The notes under the pieces were generated by a model. It worked only from the letters and a program-made list of their open reading frames with translations, was not told where the DNA came from and did not search any database. This document shows positions 61,904 to 64,000 of a stretch of DNA of 64,000 nt, piece after piece (within the stretch, counting starts at the first letter, position 1; every line of letters begins with the position of its first letter). The DNA comes from an uncultured Gemmataceae bacterium (lineage in GTDB: Bacteria; Planctomycetota; Planctomycetia; Gemmatales; Gemmataceae). The translations under genes were made by a program, and so were the position numbers. The DNA lies in NCBI GenBank assembly GCA_963750165.1, contig CAVVPN010000003.1, positions 1,760,001-1,824,000 on the forward strand, read 5' to 3'.

Positions 61904-62156
61904 TGTCCGTGGTCCGTGGTTCGTGGCCCGTTGCCTTGCCCTCGTTGTGGCCTGGTCTCCGGACCAGGCCAGCGGGCCGGACCGAAGGTCTCCCCGCCTT
62001 CCAGCGCCTGAAGAGGAGACCTTCGGTCGGGGCCAGTGGCACGGTCAGGAGACCGTGCCACAACAGGGTGCCACAACAGGGCAACAGGGCCTCGGGCGGG
62101 TTACCCTGGCGCCGGAACCCTACTGGCAACGGACAACGGACAACGGACCACGGACA
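61904..62156. repeat. Composite intergenic repeat: nested palindromes (61944-62064) flanked by inverted 7-bp tandem repeats (CAACGGA/CCACGGA)
   Basis: GTCCGTG-type repeats on the left, ACAACGG repeats on the right, ACCGAAGGTCTCC/GGAGACCTTCGGT inner stem. Confidence 0.75.
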
Positions 62157-62165
62157 CGCGCAGCG

Positions 62166-63407
62166 TTAACTCCTGAGCAAGTGTAGCCGCACCAAATTCA
62201 GCGCCATCTTGGCGGTGCGGCTCTGAATCTCCAGGCGGTTGCCGCCCCAGTTGAAGCCGGCCGTTGTGGCGCCGCCGTCCCACGCCAGGCCGGCGTACAC
62301 CAGCCCGATCGGCCTGTCCGGCGTGGCGCCGTCCGGCCCGGCCAGGCCGGTGGTGCTCACGGCCAGGTCGGTGCCCAGCCGCAGCCGGCACGCCACCGCC
62401 AGCGCCTCCGCCACCTGTGGGCTGACGGCTCCGTGCTGCTCGATCAGCGCCGCCGGTACGCCGAGCAGCGCCGTCTTGACACGGTTATCGTAGGCCACCA
62501 CACCGCCGGCGAACCAGCGACTGGCGCCCGGCACCTCCACCAGCCGCCGCGCCACCAGGCCGCCGGTAACGCTCTCCGCAGTCGCCAGCGTCCGCCTGCG
62601 CCGCTCCAGTAAGTGTAACACGGCGTGCTGCAAATCCTCATCCTCCACTCCGAAAATCAGTTCGCCCAGCCGTTCGCGGATGGTCGCCTCCACCGGCGCG
62701 ATCAGCGCCTGCGCCGCCTCGACGTTTTCGGCCCGGGCGAGGATACGCAACGAGATCACCGCATCGCTGACGGTGATGCCAACCTCCGGCACATGGCCGC
62801 GCCGCGTGAGATCGAGCAGTCGTCGCTCCACCGCCGACTCGCCCTCGCCGAAGGTGTTGAGCTTGCGCTGTACCAGCACGCCGCCGCCCAGGCCCAGCTT
62901 GAGTAATCGCGGCTTCACCTGCCCCTCGAACATGGCGTACATTTCGGAGGGCACACCGGGCATGGCGACCACGACAGCCTGGCCGACGGTCATCCAGATA
63001 CCGGGCGCCGTGCCGTGGGCGTTGGGGATCGGTTCGGCGGTGGCGGGGAACAGCGCCTGCACGCGGTTACGTTCAGTCATGGTGCGACCGCGGCGTGCGA
63101 ACATGGCCTGGATCTGCGCGAAGGACTCTGGATGGAACACCAGTTCGACGCCGGCGGCCGCGGCCAGGGCCTCGCGCGTCAGGTCGTCCTGGGTTGGGCC
63201 GAGGCCGCCGGTGGCGATCACCAGCCGGGCCCGCTGCGTCGCCAGGCGGAGCGCCTCCACATTATCGTGCAGGTCGTCCGCGACGGTGGTGTGCCAGCCG
63301 ACCGGGATGCCGACCTCCGCCAACCGCCGGCTGAGCCATTGCGTGTTGGTGTCGAGGTTCTGGCCGCTGGTCAGTTCACTGCCGATCGACAGGAGTTCGG
63401 TTTTCAT
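62166..63407 (-). CDS. cinA: Competence/damage-inducible CinA (MoCF-binding domain + PncC NMN deamidase)
   Basis: [50 protein letters not shown]. Confidence 0.95.
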   Translation of the reverse strand: MKTELLSIGSELTSGQNLDTNTQWLSRRLAEVGIPVGWHTTVADDLHDNVEALRLATQRARLVIATGGLGPTQDDLTREALAAAAGVELVFHPESFAQIQAMFARRGRTMTERNRVQALFPATAEPIPNAHGTAPGIWMTVGQAVVVAMPGVPSEMYAMFEGQVKPRLLKLGLGGGVLVQRKLNTFGEGESAVERRLLDLTRRGHVPEVGITVSDAVISLRILARAENVEAAQALIAPVEATIRERLGELIFGVEDEDLQHAVLHLLERRRRTLATAESVTGGLVARRLVEVPGASRWFAGGVVAYDNRVKTALLGVPAALIEQHGAVSPQVAEALAVACRLRLGTDLAVSTTGLAGPDGATPDRPIGLVYAGLAWDGGATTAGFNWGGNRLEIQSRTAKMALNLVRLHLLRS

Positions 63408-63424
63408 GATTGTTCCCAAAACTG

Positions 63425-63504
63425 GCCTGGCGAGCGGGGGGCGTTAGCCCCCTGTTGCTGGAATGCTCTCCAAACAGGGGGCGGACGCCCCCCGCTCGCC
63501 AGGC
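63425..63504. repeat. Family C palindrome
   Basis: GCCTGGCGAGCGGGGGGCGT...ACGCCCCCCGCTCGCCAGGC. Confidence 0.8.
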
Positions 63505-63851
63505 GGGTGTTCTCCCCATTTTTTACCATTTTTGCAGGCGACAGGCCCCGCCGGTAGCGCGGGCGGGTCTGGACGCGCTTCCGCCGACGCCCCCGGCCGG
63601 GCAAATGAAAAATTGTCGCCAGGCTTTCTCCTTGCATCCGTTGCAGTGGGGCGTCTAGAATACTCCCAACAGAGATTCCGTTCACCATTTGACTCGCAGG
63701 GACTTTCGTCCTTCCCAAAATGGTGAGCGTGGGGTTGGTGTCCGCTGGGAAGAACCGCAGAGGGAGGCCGAATCCTACTGGCGATCTTCCCGTGTCCGTG
63801 CAAGTCGCCCTGGAAGCAGTCTGCATCCAATCGAAACCACGAGGTCGTCAG

Positions 63852-64000
63852 ATGAAGCTCAGTCTGGTGGTCTTGAGCGAAGGGAAGGCCAAAGGGCAGG
63901 CCATTCCCGTCACGCTCTCGCAGTTCCTGATTGGCAGGGACCCCCAGTGTCACCTGCGCCCGGCCAGTGCCATGATTAGCAAACGGCACTGCGCCATCCT
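63852..64000 (+). CDS. FHA-domain protein, 5' part only (runs off the window)
   Basis: GAGG RBS; MKLSLVVLSEG...FLIGRDPQCHLRPASAMISKRHCAI. Confidence 0.88.
   Translation, partial: MKLSLVVLSEGKAKGQAIPVTLSQFLIGRDPQCHLRPASAMISKRHCAI

Noticed and set aside
58065..62129. Single 1354-aa kinase-WD40-zinc-ribbon fusion
   Set aside because: Created by a frameshift at ~58801; the kinase ends at 58670 and the downstream gene has its own RBS and GTG; the ORF 5' extension runs through repeats

Overview
GC-rich chromosomal window, most likely from a Planctomycetota (Gemmataceae-like) genome. This is inferred from three DUF1501 genes, a PVC-type haem-CxxCH protein, DxHGDPLPPGALARLG-type WD40 proteins, a Ser/Thr kinase-WD40 fusion, an extended ECF sigma factor and several FHA proteins. 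It holds about 45 protein genes, including rpsT, kdpF/A/B (no kdpC follows), folE, lptB, cinA, a sugar ABC transporter, an MMPL transporter and a Wza-like exporter. I see no rRNA, tRNA, CRISPR array, transposase or prophage. About 16 single-base frameshifts in 13 otherwise intact genes look like long-read errors rather than real pseudogenes. Most notable: (1) a ~1,310-aa orphan Clp/Hsp100-like protein (16248-20189) with a large unrecognised N-terminus, a degenerate first ATPase ring, an intact second ring and a displaced IGF motif; (2) many REP/REPIN-type palindrome families, some inserted in frame inside protein genes; (3) a dispersed ~195-bp element built from triple 9-bp repeats; (4) a kdp operon lacking kdpC, with an extra small membrane peptide and a divergent porin; (5) several gene remnants the ORF track misses. 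All family assignments are from motif recognition, without database searches.
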